Source: an uncultured Gammaproteobacteria bacterium (GTDB taxonomy: Bacteria; Pseudomonadota; Gammaproteobacteria; UBA9214). Taken from it: a DNA stretch of 64,000 nt. Below, in pieces: positions 51,809 through 63,152 of this stretch. A program made the position numbers and the translations under genes. Positions within the stretch are counted from its first letter, which is position 1; every line of letters starts with the position of its first letter. The notes under the pieces were generated by a model. The model worked only from the letters and a program-made list of their open reading frames with translations. It searched no databases and had not been told where the DNA came from. The stretch is taken from assembly GCA_963773065.1 (NCBI GenBank), contig CAVYZN010000005.1, forward strand, positions 96,001-160,000, written 5' to 3'.

Positions 51809-54800
51809 ATGAAACAGCTTATCCACCAGGCATGGCTTACGGCCCTGCTTATTCTGCCGAGCGCATTCCATCAAGCCCATGCGGTGGATAGCGCCACGTC
51901 CACGTTTCGCCTGACCGATTCCGTAACCGAGAAAACCCTCCAGGCGAGTATCAAGGAAGTTGAAGCAACAACTGATCTGGATGCCGCGAGCAGAACCCGG
52001 CTGATCGAGCTGTATCGCGGTGCCCTCGCCTATCTGGAACAGGCAAGTTCCTACACCGCGACCGGCAAGGCTTTCCGGGATTCCAGAGAATCCGCGCCGG
52101 CCAGGGCCAGAGCCATCCGTGAAGAACTCGAGAAACAGCAACAATCGGGCGGCGATGTCAGCATGAGTGTGGAGGAGAGATCCCCGCTTGCCGAGGTCGA
52201 TCAGGCCTTATTAAAGGAAAAGGCCAATTTTGCCGCGCTAGAGGCCACATTGTCCGACCTGCAGGATCGCCTGCTCGGTGAAATGGACCGGCCGAATTTG
52301 TTACGGCAACGACTCACCGAGGCAAAACACCGCCTGGACCAGATTGCCAACGAACTCATGCTGGCGGTCGCCGCGGATGAATTACCCCGTCTGGCCGAGG
52401 CGAAGCACTGGCTGCTGCGGAGCGAGAGCATGGCTCTCGGCGCCGAGATCAAGATGCTCGACCAGGAATTGCTGAGCGCGCCGATGCGCCTCGAACAGCT
52501 CGAGGCCGAAAGAGACGAGGCGACAAACAACCTTAAACGCATGCACACCCGGATCCAACTGCTCGAGAACATGCTGAGCGGCAGGCGGGTTGCCGAAGCG
52601 GAACAAGCCAGGATGCAAGCCGAGGAAGCGAAACGCGAGTCCAGGGGAAAGCATCCATTGGTCCAGGAAATGGCGCAGAAGAACGAGGTGCTGAGTGAAG
52701 AACTCGGTTCACTGGCAAGCAGCATCGAACAAGTGAGCGCCGAAAATGATACGGTAAACAAGCAGGCACAGATGTTCGGCAATGAATCCCGCAGCACCCG
52801 GCAGAAAGTCGAGCTGGCGGGACTGAGTCAGGCGCTGGGACCGGTGTTGTTCGAGCAGCAGCGTGAACTGCCCAACCCGAGGCTGTTTCACAAGCAGGCC
52901 AAGGCGCGTGAGCAGAAAATCACCGCGGCGGGTCTGCGCCTGATTCAGTACGATGAGGAGCGCCAGGAGCTGGGGAGCACCGCTGATTATCTCGACGTGC
53001 TGACGTCCGGTCTCGCGCGGGAGCAGGCGCAGGGTATCCGCGGCGAGCTCGAGACTCTCGCCGCAAACAGGAAAGCGCTCCTTAATCAGGCCATCACACT
53101 CGACCAGGCGTACCTGCGCGCCCTGGGAGAACTTGAATTCGCCCAACGTCAGTTGCTCAATACGGTCGAGGACTATCGTTTATTCATCAGCGAGAATCTG
53201 CTCTGGGTGCGCAGCGCCCCCGCGCCCGACGGGAACACCCTGCGCGAAATACCGGGCCAGTTCATGCAACTGATGTCGCCAGGGCAATGGCGGGATGCCC
53301 TCTACCTCCTGGGCTCCAGGGCGACGGACGCCCCCCTCGCCTTCACGCTGCCCCTGGCGCTCTCCGGCATACTCCTGTTGGTATCGGGAAACCTCCGCGG
53401 CCGGCTCCGCGCGACCGGCAATCAGGTGGGCAAACCCCGCACCGACAAATACCGCTATTCATTCCAGGCACTGCTGCTGACGCTGCTGCTGGCAATTCCG
53501 TGGCCGCTCCTGCTGGGCGTCTCGGGCTGGCAACTGGGGGATGATCTTGGCGCCACGGATTTCACCAAGGGGATTTCACATGCGCTGCTGTGGGTGGCGC
53601 CCGCGCTTTTTTACCTGCAGACGTTCCGCCTGCTCTGCATTCCAGGCGGTCTGGCGGAGGCCCACTTCCGCTGGCCCGAGCAGAGCCTGAAGATGCTGCG
53701 ACAGCAACTCAACCGCTTGACGCTCACCTTCCTGCCGGCGGTATTCCTCGCCGTGCTGACACTGGAACTGAAAACGCTGCCAACCGGCGCGGGTATCGAA
53801 CGCCTAGCCTTCGTGCTGGTATTGTCCGCGCTGGCCCTGTTTTTCTATCGTCTGTTCGCGCCCGGACAGGGCGCACTGCAGCCCTACATGGCACGCAAAC
53901 ACGCGAGCCTGTTTGCCCGTTTGCGCCATCTCTGGCTGGTGATGAGTGTGGCGATACCCCTGGCCCTGGCGGGCTTGACCATCGTCGGCTACCACTACAC
54001 GGCGGGCATCCTGACGGACAACCTTATCCAGACCATGTGGCTGATCCTGTTGCTCGTCATCGGTCATCAGATGGTGGTCCGCTGGTTGCTGCTGATGCGT
54101 CGCCGACTGGCTTTCAAGGCGGCGGTCGAACGGCGCGAAGCGGCGCGTGCCGCGGCGCAGGCCAGGGAAACGGCGGTGCCCGGTGGGGAGGGCATTACGG
54201 ATATCGTGGAAGAACCGGTAATCGACCTGGTCGCCCTGAGTGATGAGAGCCACAAGCTGCTTAACATCGCCATGGTGCTAACCGGGATAATCGGCGTCTG
54301 GATCATCTGGTCGGATGTTTTGCCGGCGTTTGCCTATCTGGATAAAATCACGCTCTGGCACCGCCCCGGCGTCATCAACGGGGAGGCGCAACAAATCCCC
54401 CTCACGCTGGCGGATGCGGCGCTCGCCATCATCCTGGCCATCGGCACTGTCGTCGCGACAAAACGCTTTCCCGCCCTTCTTGAGATCGTCCTCCTGCAGC
54501 AACTCGATATGACGCCGGGTGGCCGTTACGCCGCCACCACCCTGTCGCGTTATTTCATCGCGGGTGCGGGTACGCTGCTGGTCGTCGGTATGCTCGGCGG
54601 CAGTTGGAGCCAGGTTCAATGGCTGATCGCGGCCCTGGGCGTGGGTATCGGGTTCGGCCTGCAGGAGATCGTGGCCAATTTCATCAGTGGTCTTATCATC
54701 CTGTTCGAGCGGCCCATCCGGGTCGGTGATTACGTGAGCGTCGGGGACACCGACGGTCACGTAACCCGTATCCAGATTCGCGCCACCACGATCCAGACCG

Positions 54801-55240
54801 TGGATCGCAAGGAACTGCTGGTGCCCAACAAGGAATTCATCACCGGCCGGCTGCTTAACTGGTCGCTTTCCGATCAGGTAACCCGCCTCGTCATTACCGT
54901 CGGCGTCGCTTACGGCAGCGATGTGGACCGGGCGATGGCCTTGATGACCGAGGCGGCACGGGAAAACGCGCGGGTACTCCCGGAACCCCTCCCCTTCACC
55001 GCTTTCGAGGGCTTCGGTGACAATTCCCTGAACCTGACACTGCGCTGCTTCATCGATTCGCTGGACTATCGCCTGCCCGCGATCAGTGAATTACATCAGG
55101 CCATCAACCGGAAATTCACCGCGGCCGGCATCCTCATCGCCTACCCGCAGCGGGATCTGCATCTGGATACCACACGCGCCCTCGACATACGCATCCGGCA
55201 CGATGGCGGAACCCCGGATGCGGGTGAAACAGGCGGCTAA
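51809..55240 (+). CDS. mscK: Mechanosensitive channel MscK/KefA-like
   Basis: Long periplasmic coiled coil, multiple TMs, GIGFGLQEIVANFISGLIILFERPIRVGD, VPNKEFIT, FEGFGDNSLN. Confidence 0.88.
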   Translation: MKQLIHQAWLTALLILPSAFHQAHAVDSATSTFRLTDSVTEKTLQASIKEVEATTDLDAASRTRLIELYRGALAYLEQASSYTATGKAFRDSRESAPARARAIREELEKQQQSGGDVSMSVEERSPLAEVDQALLKEKANFAALEATLSDLQDRLLGEMDRPNLLRQRLTEAKHRLDQIANELMLAVAADELPRLAEAKHWLLRSESMALGAEIKMLDQELLSAPMRLEQLEAERDEATNNLKRMHTRIQLLENMLSGRRVAEAEQARMQAEEAKRESRGKHPLVQEMAQKNEVLSEELGSLASSIEQVSAENDTVNKQAQMFGNESRSTRQKVELAGLSQALGPVLFEQQRELPNPRLFHKQAKAREQKITAAGLRLIQYDEERQELGSTADYLDVLTSGLAREQAQGIRGELETLAANRKALLNQAITLDQAYLRALGELEFAQRQLLNTVEDYRLFISENLLWVRSAPAPDGNTLREIPGQFMQLMSPGQWRDALYLLGSRATDAPLAFTLPLALSGILLLVSGNLRGRLRATGNQVGKPRTDKYRYSFQALLLTLLLAIPWPLLLGVSGWQLGDDLGATDFTKGISHALLWVAPALFYLQTFRLLCIPGGLAEAHFRWPEQSLKMLRQQLNRLTLTFLPAVFLAVLTLELKTLPTGAGIERLAFVLVLSALALFFYRLFAPGQGALQPYMARKHASLFARLRHLWLVMSVAIPLALAGLTIVGYHYTAGILTDNLIQTMWLILLLVIGHQMVVRWLLLMRRRLAFKAAVERREAARAAAQARETAVPGGEGITDIVEEPVIDLVALSDESHKLLNIAMVLTGIIGVWIIWSDVLPAFAYLDKITLWHRPGVINGEAQQIPLTLADAALAIILAIGTVVATKRFPALLEIVLLQQLDMTPGGRYAATTLSRYFIAGAGTLLVVGMLGGSWSQVQWLIAALGVGIGFGLQEIVANFISGLIILFERPIRVGDYVSVGDTDGHVTRIQIRATTIQTVDRKELLVPNKEFITGRLLNWSLSDQVTRLVITVGVAYGSDVDRAMALMTEAARENARVLPEPLPFTAFEGFGDNSLNLTLRCFIDSLDYRLPAISELHQAINRKFTAAGILIAYPQRDLHLDTTRALDIRIRHDGGTPDAGETGG

Positions 55241-55248
55241 CCCGGAAA

Positions 55249-57789
55249 TCACACCGAATATCGACCGCGTTGTTTCGCTGGCAGCTCGTCATTCTCGCTA
55301 ACGAGCAACAGCGCCAAGTCCTCGGCCGACAAGGGTTGACTGAACTGAAAGCCTTGCCCCTCGTCACATTGCTGAGTCTGGAGGAACGCGAGCTGCTCGG
55401 GCGTTTCCACGCCCTCGGCAATGACCCGCTGCTTGAGGTTTCTCCCCATTCCGATCACTGCGCTGACGATGGTTGCGGCATCTGCATCGGTGGCGATGTC
55501 GCGCACGAAGGATTGGTCGATCTTCAGGGTGTCGATCGGGAAGCGCTTCAGATAACTCAGGCTCGAATAGCCCGTCCCGAAGTCATCGATGGCAAGCTGC
55601 ACCCCCATGGCCTTGAGTGCTACAAGCACCGACGCCGAGGACTCGGCGTCATGCATGAGGATGCTTTCGGTCAGCTCCAGTTGAAGATAGCGCGGCGCCA
55701 GGCCGGTCTCCTTCAGGATCAGGGCAACGCCTTCGAGAAAACTCTTGTGCCTGAACTCCACCGCGGAAATGTTGACCGCCACGGGCACGGCGCGCAGGCC
55801 CGAATCCAGCCAGGACTGGACTTGCCTGCAGGCTTCGCGCAGCACCCATTGGCCGATCGGCACGATGAGGCCGCACTCTTCCGCGATCGTCACGAACTGC
55901 TTCGGGTAGATGAGTCCGAGATCCGGATCCCGCCAGCGGATGAGCGCCTCGGTACCGGTCATCGCGCCTGAAGCAAGATCGATCTGTGGCTGGTAATGCA
56001 GCAGGAACTCTCCCTGCTTCAGGGCGCGGCGCAGACTGCTTTCGACGAACAGCCGGCGGACCGCGCGGGTGTTCATGTCGGCCCTGAAGAACTGGTAGTT
56101 GTTGCGTCCGCTTGCCTTGGCGTGATACATCGCCGTGTCCGCGCTCTGCATCACGGTGTCCACATCGACGCCGTCATCCGGATAGACGCTGATGCCGATG
56201 CTCAAGGTGACATGGAGTTCGTGTCCGCCGATGAGGTGCGGCACGGCGAGCGCGGCGCGCAACTTTTCGGCAACGTGGGCCGCATCTTGCGGCCGCTCGA
56301 TTTCAGCCAGCAGTATCACGAACTCGTCACCGCCCTGGCGGCATACCGTGTCCGTGGCGCGCACGCACGCCGACAAGCGGTCCCCAACTGACTGTAGCAG
56401 TTGGTCGCCGATCGCATGCCCGAGAGAGTCGTTGATGTGTCTTGAAGTAATCCAGGTCAAGGAACAACAGCGCGACTTGCTTGCGGTGCCGGTTGGCCAG
56501 TCCGATCGCCTGGGAGAGCCGCTCCGTCAGCAGCGCCCGATTGGGCAAACCGGTGAGAAAATCGTGCTGGGCCAGATGGGACAGCTTCAGCGTCATGGCC
56601 CGCGATTGGCTGACGTCGTGGAAGACGAGCACCGCGCCGGCGACCCTGCCGTCCCGGTTGTGGATGGGGGCGGCGGAATCCTCGATCGCGAACTCGAACC
56701 CATCGCGGCGAACCAGCACACAATCCGCGGCCAGCCCCACGGTCCTGTTCTCCTCGATGGCGCGCAGCGCCGGACTCGCGGCGGCCTGGCGTGTCGTGCC
56801 GTCGATGATCCTGAACACTTCCGAAAGCGGCCGGCCCAACGCGTCCTCACGAGACCAGCCGGTCATCGCCTCCGCCACCAGATTCAGATAGGTCACGTTG
56901 CCCAGGAGGTCGGTGGTCAGCACCGCGTCACCGATGGAGTTGAGCGTGACCTGGGCGCGCTCCTTTTCCTCGAACAAGGCCTCTTCCGCCGCTCGCAACA
57001 CGAACTCCGTCGATTTGCGCGCGGTGATGTCCTCAACCGTCTGCATATGACCGTGCGGTTCCATCCCGTCGCGCATGATCGGCGCTGTTGATGCGCGTCC
57101 ACACGACGCTCTTGTCACCCCGCAGAAAGCGGAACTCCGTCTGGAATGGCGCCTGACCACGCGCTGCCTCGCGCCACTCGGCTAAGGACACGCTGGCGAT
57201 CCTCCGGGTGGATCGCCATACTCCAGTTCGTGCCCAGCGTCTGTTCGAAGGTCAGCCCCGATATCTTGTGATACGCCGCGTTGGTATAGATGCAACTGCC
57301 CTGTGCATCGGAGACGAAGATGCCGAGCGGAGAGGTATCGCTCATCGCACGGAAGCGCGCCTCACTGTTCCGCCTCGCGTCCTGGGCAGCCTTGCGTTCG
57401 ATGACGTAACGCAGGGCACGTGGCAACCAGTGGGCGTCGACATGGTCTTTGGCGAGATAGTCATGCGCGCCGCGCCGCACGGCCTGGCGCGCGGTTTCTT
57501 CATCGCCCGCCGCGCTCAGGACCAGGATCAGGGCATTCGGCGCAGCCTGGAACACCTGATCGAACGCTGCGATGCCTTGGCCGTCGGGCAGCGCAAGGTC
57601 AAGCAAGATCACCTCGAACCCTTCTCTGCCCAGTCGATCGAGCGCATCGGGGAGTCGCCTCACCCATTCGACACGGAATGTGTTGACTCCCGTGGGGCTG
57701 TCTCCCGTGCCCGCAAGCGCCTCCTGGATCAGTCTGGCATCGGTGGGATCGTCCTCGACGAGCAGCACGGTGGTCGGGGTATCGTTCAT
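55249..57789 (-). CDS. REC-PAS-PAS-GGDEF-EAL signalling protein (frameshifted into three ORFs)
   Basis: VLLVEDD, LLDLALPD; PAS domains (IHPED, IEDSAAPI); HDFLTGLPNR; RQGGDEF; TEALIRW; IDDFGTGYSSL. Confidence 0.88.
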
Positions 57790-58087
57790 GGCATGGGCGT
57801 TCGTGGGGATAGCGTTGATCCAAGCAGGCGGATCGTCGCTGTACTCGCGGCTGCTTTCCCGATGGTGTGGCGCGGCCCATCCGTACGACGTTGCCGCATC
57901 GACGGCGGTTGCCGCCACGCTTCCCCCTTCATTCTCCCAGTCGTCCAGGGCTGTCTTATGCCGCCCTTTTTGTTTGTTGCGAAGGCGCACAACCATAGGC
58001 GAGGCGGAGACGGAAGCGACCGCAGCGCCCCCAATCGGCACAAGTGGCGGGATGAAGCGTCTATAGCTCGTCATGCATGGGGTCCTT

Positions 58088-58381
58088 TCAAGAAAGCGCC
58101 TGCCTCGGCGACCCTGGTGCCGTGCGCAGCGCAGCGCCGCTCACAGCGTGGTCGCGTCTGAAGGGACGCTTCGGACGGTAGACCTTGGTGCGCTCTTCAA
58201 AGCGCTGAATCTGCTGCTCGGTTTCGTCCTTCGTGATGCCGTAGACTTCCTGGATCTTGCCCGCCAACTCGATGCGCTTGCCGGCAATCACGTCGAGGTG
58301 ATCGTCGGTGAAGTTGCCCCACCGTGCTTTCACCTTGCCCTTGAACTGCTTCCAGTTGCCTGCAACGATATCCCAGTTCAT
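58088..58381 (-). CDS. CsbD family stress protein
   Basis: MNWDIVAGNWKQFKGKVKARWG.FTDD.L..I.GKR..L.GKIQE.YG. Confidence 0.9.
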   Translation of the reverse strand: MNWDIVAGNWKQFKGKVKARWGNFTDDHLDVIAGKRIELAGKIQEVYGITKDETEQQIQRFEERTKVYRPKRPFRRDHAVSGAALRTAPGSPRQALS

Positions 58382-58934
58382 ATCAAACCCCTTTTGTCAG
58401 GAACCCGACTGACGGTATTGCCAATCGAGCATCCTTCGTCCCAGCCGGCCTCTCGCCGCTTGCGCACTTCGCGCAGCGACAGGCCGGACTAAAGTCATGG
58501 AAACTCCGGATGTAAGTGCAAGGTTAGTCGCCTGATCAAGCGCAGTCGGTACGGTGGCGTACATAGGTCCACACTCATCCACGGCCGACCACGTCGGTAA
58601 TGGCCCTGGCGCGGGCATCAGGGAGTTCGCAGCGCCGCTGCAGACCTTTTGAGTGGTGGAGCGGCCTTGTTTACGGGGAACAACAGAAACCGGGCTCTGT
58701 GTATGGCAGCGTACAGACGGTTTCCCTCGTTTGAGTCACATTATGCATAAGGACATGGCGATGACCGCCGAGATCAATGGTAGTCGCCATGCAGTCTGGC
58801 AAGGGGCCATTGACTCGAAGGAATGGCTGGTGAAACAGTCTGAAGACGGGTGCCGGCACGCCGAGGAAAGCAGCAATGGCCTGCGAGAGTTTCCGGACGC
58901 TGCGCCGCTACGACTCACTGTAAGGAGGCGTGAA

Positions 58935-59012
58935 ATGACGTTAGGAACCATTCTGCTGATCATTCTGGTTTATGCTGCTGATCGGTGCCAATCGCGGCCC
59001 CGGTGGTGGTAG
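58935..59012 (+). pseudogene. DUF3309-like small membrane protein, truncated
   Basis: RBS AGGAGG; MTLGTILLIILV then shifted LLIGA; the remainder of the usual sequence is absent. Confidence 0.6.
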
Positions 59013-59026
59013 AGGGGATCTGAATT

Positions 59027-59350
59027 ATGCTTGAACTCAATGCCTTCCTTAATGGTGCAATGCTCAGACGGGAAAACCGAGCATATCGTGGGAGCGCTGG
59101 TGTTAGTGAAGGGTGTCGCGAAGGCTGTTTCAGACCGGCTTTTCGTGATCAAGAGACGGGTGCGGTCTACTTGTCACGCTATCCAAACGGCCATGTCGCA
59201 CCCATCCATACGCTGGAGGGCCTGCCAGAGGAAGTGGTCGCTGCACGATACGCAAACGGAGCAGTCGCGAAAGCGAAAAATACGTTGATTTCCGGCTTTC
59301 TGAAAGGCGGCGCCTTTTACACAAGACAGGAAGCCGCGGCTCAAAGTTGA
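59027..59350 (+). CDS. Hypothetical protein
   Basis: RBS present; globular-looking sequence FRPAFRD..TG..YLSR..NG..APIH.LEGLP, GFLKGG.FYTR. Confidence 0.7.
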   Translation: MLELNAFLNGAMLRRENRAYRGSAGVSEGCREGCFRPAFRDQETGAVYLSRYPNGHVAPIHTLEGLPEEVVAARYANGAVAKAKNTLISGFLKGGAFYTRQEAAAQS

Positions 59351-59435
59351 CGCTAAGTGGCGTGATTAGAAAAGTGCATAACATCCAGATAGCTGCACAC
59401 AATTTGAAGCGACCCCAGAGGGCGTCACTAACGAA

Positions 59436-61074
59436 ATGAAGGCTTTAACTATGAGACGACCTAGCTGGGGCACGATAATGATCGGCCGGTTCCACTTTTC
59501 GCTTGTCGTACTGATGGTCGCGATCCTCGGCGGATGCGCGTCGCCTTCCGCCGGGTTCAGATTTTTCAAAAACTGTTTCCTCGGCGCTGGCCCATCCGGA
59601 GGAGACCCGGCTTGGCCGACAGTTTGAAAATGCGGCGCACGAACATAATGGCAACTCCGGATTTCGCATCATTCCGGTAGGCGCCGACGGGTTCCTGACC
59701 CGAATGCAAATGATCAATGCAGCGGAACGAACGCTCGACCTTCAATATTTCATTTTTCGCGGTGACGAAACCGGCCGGCAGCTTACCGACGCTGTGTTGC
59801 ATGCGGCCGATCGCGGTGTGCGGGTGCGGGTGCTGGTCGACGATGGCGATACCTTGGACGGCGACGAGCAGATTGCACTGCTTGAAGCGCATACTTCCGT
59901 CGAAATCCGAATATTCAACCCATTCGCGTATCGCGGTCATATTTCGCTATTCAGAACCACTGAGTTCATGTTCAACGCCTCCCGGCTCGACTACAGAATG
60001 CACAATAAACTGCTCGTCGTAGACAATGCAATAGCGCTCATAGGCGGACGTAATATCGGTGATCAATACTTTCAGATCGACCCCGAGTCACAAGTCGCCG
60101 ACGACGATATATTTGTCGCTGGTCCTATCGCGCAACAGATCTCGGCGACCTTCGACGAGTTCTGGAACAACGCCCTGTCGATCCCGGTCGAGGCGCTTTC
60201 AGGTGGAAAGCCGACCCATGCTGACTTAAGCGAGCATCGCGAGGAATTGAACGAAGAACACCAGCAGTTGAAGGCGGACGATATTGACTATGTGAAGCGG
60301 GTTGCGACCGGCGAGCCATTTGACGGGATCATCTCCGGCCGCTTGCCCCTGATCTGGGCGCACGCGCAGCTTATCTGCGACAGCCCCGACAAGAAGAAAG
60401 TGGAAAACAACGCGATGGTGGGTAGGCTAATGCACCGGGCGGTGGCCAAAGCCACTGTCGCCGTGCAGTCTGAGTTGCTGATGGTCACGCCCTACCTGAT
60501 ACCGGGCGACGAAGGAATGCAGATGTTCAAAGACCTGCGCAAACGCAACGTACGTGTCCGCGTCCTGACCAACTCACTCGAATCATCGACGGTGTTGCTG
60601 GCGCAGGCCGGCTACATGCATTATCGGGTGCCCCTGCTTGAGAATGGCGTGGAGCTCTATGAGATCCGCTCACTTCTGGGTAACGCCAGAGGCAGCGGTG
60701 AAACGACGACAATATCGCGCTATGGGAATTATTCCCTGCACGCGAAACTGTTTGTATTTGACCGCCAGAAGCTGTTTATAGGTTCTATGAACTTCGATCA
60801 ACGATCAATGCATCTCAACACCGAGATTGGCTTGATCATTGACAGTCCCGCGCTTGCTCAACAGATTGCCGCGCGTTTCGATGCCATGGTGCAGCCGGTG
60901 AATTCCTACCGGCTGGCATTGCGTCCGAACTCCGCGGGGGCAGCACCAAGTTTGGTGTGGCTCACTCAGGAAGGCGCCAAAGCCATTGAGTACGACACGG
61001 AACCGGCCCGGAGTGGCTGGCAAAGACTCAAGGTCAATATTTTATCGCTACTGCCACTGGATAAGGAACTATGA
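59436..61074 (+). CDS. Phospholipase D family (ClsC/YmdC-like), frameshift near 59555
   Basis: Two HKD motifs (RMHNKLLVVD, LHAKLFVFD), GGRNIGDQYF, GSMNFD.RS..LNTE; lipobox LGGC in the upstream frame. Confidence 0.88.
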
Positions 61075-61451
61075 ACCTACGTTTGACAATGGGTACGGTA
61101 CTGATGCTGGGACTCTTTCTGGTGCCTGTTGCGCGCGCGGAGACCCCGACAAATGTGCAGATCGAAGTCAATTTTCTGCTTGGCTATATCGAGGGGTCCG
61201 GATGTGAGTTTTATCGCAACGGCACCTGGCACGATTCGAAAGCGGCGCAAGTGCATTTACGCGACAAGTACAAATGGTTAGTGGCAAGAAATCTGATTAA
61301 TACCACCGAAGACTTTATTGAAAGGGCTGCCACAGAAAGCAGTTTTAGCGGTCTACCGTATCAGGTGAGGTGTAATGGCGGCGCAACGTTGACGAGTAAC
61401 CAATGGCTGCGCGAGGAACTTACGTACTTACGTACTTACGGACATTTATAA
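61071..61451 (+). CDS. DUF5329 family protein
   Basis: Signal peptide; SGCEFYRNG.WH, HLRDKY, EDFIE.AATESS.SG.PY.V.C, WL.EEL. Confidence 0.85.
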   Translation: MNLRLTMGTVLMLGLFLVPVARAETPTNVQIEVNFLLGYIEGSGCEFYRNGTWHDSKAAQVHLRDKYKWLVARNLINTTEDFIERAATESSFSGLPYQVRCNGGATLTSNQWLREELTYLRTYGHL

Positions 61452-61711
61452 CACGATTTCGTGACAGGATATGAACCCCTTGAGCTGACTGGGGGATGTT
61501 TCCAGCAGGAGAGCCACTGTTGGCGGCAGGCGCGAATTCCAATGAGACCGTGCCGAGTGTGGACAATGTGCGCGAGCGAAATAATCACCAGGAGGTGAAT
61601 CATGTTTTATGAAATACTCACCCATATAATCCGTGGAATTAATTATGGGAGTCAGTCCAATAATAATGGTACACAACAACACGCCATGCATTACGAGTAG
61701 CCTGAACGCAA

Positions 61712-62518
61712 ATGAAGATTACACTCAAAATATTTCGATCATTCTCAGCCGGGATTCGGTCCGTGACATTAGCTTTCGGTTTGATCGTGCCGCTACTCGC
61801 TTTCGCAGAGCTCTCAAATGAATCGCTGCTCGGCCCTGGCCTACGCTTGCAGCCGGCATACGACGGCTCTGCTTCTCAACACGGAGAGTTGGTTCCGGTT
61901 GTAAGATACTTCGGTCATCCCTTGTTCGTGCGATCCACCCAGGGCGTGCTCGAGGGCGGTGTCAGGATGCAGATTGCGCCGGGGCTCCATGCCGGCGCGC
62001 AACTTGCCTACGAGCCAGGGCGCAGTCAGAGCGAATCCGATTTCCTCAAGAATCACAGCGTCTCGAATGTTGACCGAGGGGCGTCGGTCGGCGCGCAACT
62101 CGAATGGGATCACAAGTTCGGCCCCATGCCGATCACACTGCTCTCGCGCGCGCGGCAGGATATCGACTCCGATCGCGGCGCTCAAGTTGACTTCCGCCTC
62201 AGCGCAGGTTTATACCGTAGCGGTCGCCTCGCCATGGGCGTATTTACGCAGGAGACGTGGGCGAACACGAAGTCGACCGGCTCTTTCTACGACATTACGC
62301 CGCAGCAGTCTGTCGCCACGGGCTTGCCGGTGTTCCGTGCAGGAAGCGGATGGTTGTTTGCAAGCTTCGGTGTCCTCTGGTCGGTCGACCTGAACCGGGA
62401 TTGGGTTGTGGTTGGCAGCGCGGAGTCGCGGCACCTGCTTGGCGACGCCTCGCATAGTCCACTTGCGGAGCGCGAGTCAAATTACTATGCGAGCGCTGGC
62501 CTAGCCTATCGTTTTTGA
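61712..62518 (+). CDS. MipA/OmpV family outer-membrane protein (second copy)
   Basis: PAYDGS, SHSPL, terminal GLAYRF. Confidence 0.8.
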   Translation: MKITLKIFRSFSAGIRSVTLAFGLIVPLLAFAELSNESLLGPGLRLQPAYDGSASQHGELVPVVRYFGHPLFVRSTQGVLEGGVRMQIAPGLHAGAQLAYEPGRSQSESDFLKNHSVSNVDRGASVGAQLEWDHKFGPMPITLLSRARQDIDSDRGAQVDFRLSAGLYRSGRLAMGVFTQETWANTKSTGSFYDITPQQSVATGLPVFRAGSGWLFASFGVLWSVDLNRDWVVVGSAESRHLLGDASHSPLAERESNYYASAGLAYRF

Positions 62519-62717
62519 AGCGCTCGTCGAACGGTCCAGTGCAATCAAGCGCACTGACGTGGTGCATTACGAAGGGATAAATGGTCGACTTGATCGCAGA
62601 GTCGATCCCCAACTCGACGAAGCACGCCGTCGAATCAAAACCGGTATCATGGCTGCGCAATGGTGACGAGTAACCAATGGCTGCGCGAGGAACTTGCGCG
62701 TTTTAGAACATTCAAAT

Positions 62718-62756
62718 AAAAGGCCGGCCCCGGTTCTGTTGGAACCGGGGCCGGCC
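62718..62756 (-). terminator. Rho-independent terminator for the BON gene
   Basis: 15 bp stem GGCCGGCCCCGGTTC/GAACCGGGGCCGGCC, followed by T run on the minus strand. Confidence 0.75.
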
Positions 62757-62822
62757 CGCATAGGCTTTAGCTACGCGCTGAACGCATCTGAATTAGCAGG
62801 GTATCTGCTTTGAACCAGAATC

Positions 62823-63152
62823 CTAATAATTCTTTCTGATTACAAGATTGCTCGTGACCGAAGTTACGCCTTCGGTCTTACGCGCAATTGAAACAGCCTT
62901 GTCCGCTTCTGCCTGGGTTCCGACATTGCCGCTCAAAACCACCGCGCCATTGCTGTCGGTATCGACTTGAATATGCATGAGACTGCTCATCTTTTCGTCG
63001 GCCAGCTTGGCCTTGACTTTGGTTGTTATTACCGAGTCCTTGACGAATGTCATGGGTTGCGTACGGTCCGAGTCTGAGTCTTCAGCGAGGGCCGCAACAG
63101 GGGCCAGCAAGGTACCGATGACGAAACAGGTTGTCGCGAGTTTGATTTTCAT
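62823..63152 (-). CDS. BON domain (OsmY-like) protein
   Basis: Signal peptide; DSVITTKVKAKL, I.VDT..GAVVLSG.V, A..IAR..EGV.SV. Confidence 0.9.
   Translation of the reverse strand: MKIKLATTCFVIGTLLAPVAALAEDSDSDRTQPMTFVKDSVITTKVKAKLADEKMSSLMHIQVDTDSNGAVVLSGNVGTQAEADKAVSIARKTEGVTSVTSNLVIRKNY

Noticed and set aside
15512-61074. Frameshifts in batA, batB, DUF58, dynamin, sgpB, MFP, EAL, asmA, mipA, GGDEF-EAL and PLD as pseudogenisation or programmed frameshifting
   Set aside because: Single-base indels are scattered over unrelated genes with intact motifs and no shared slippery site, which fits uncorrected long-read error.
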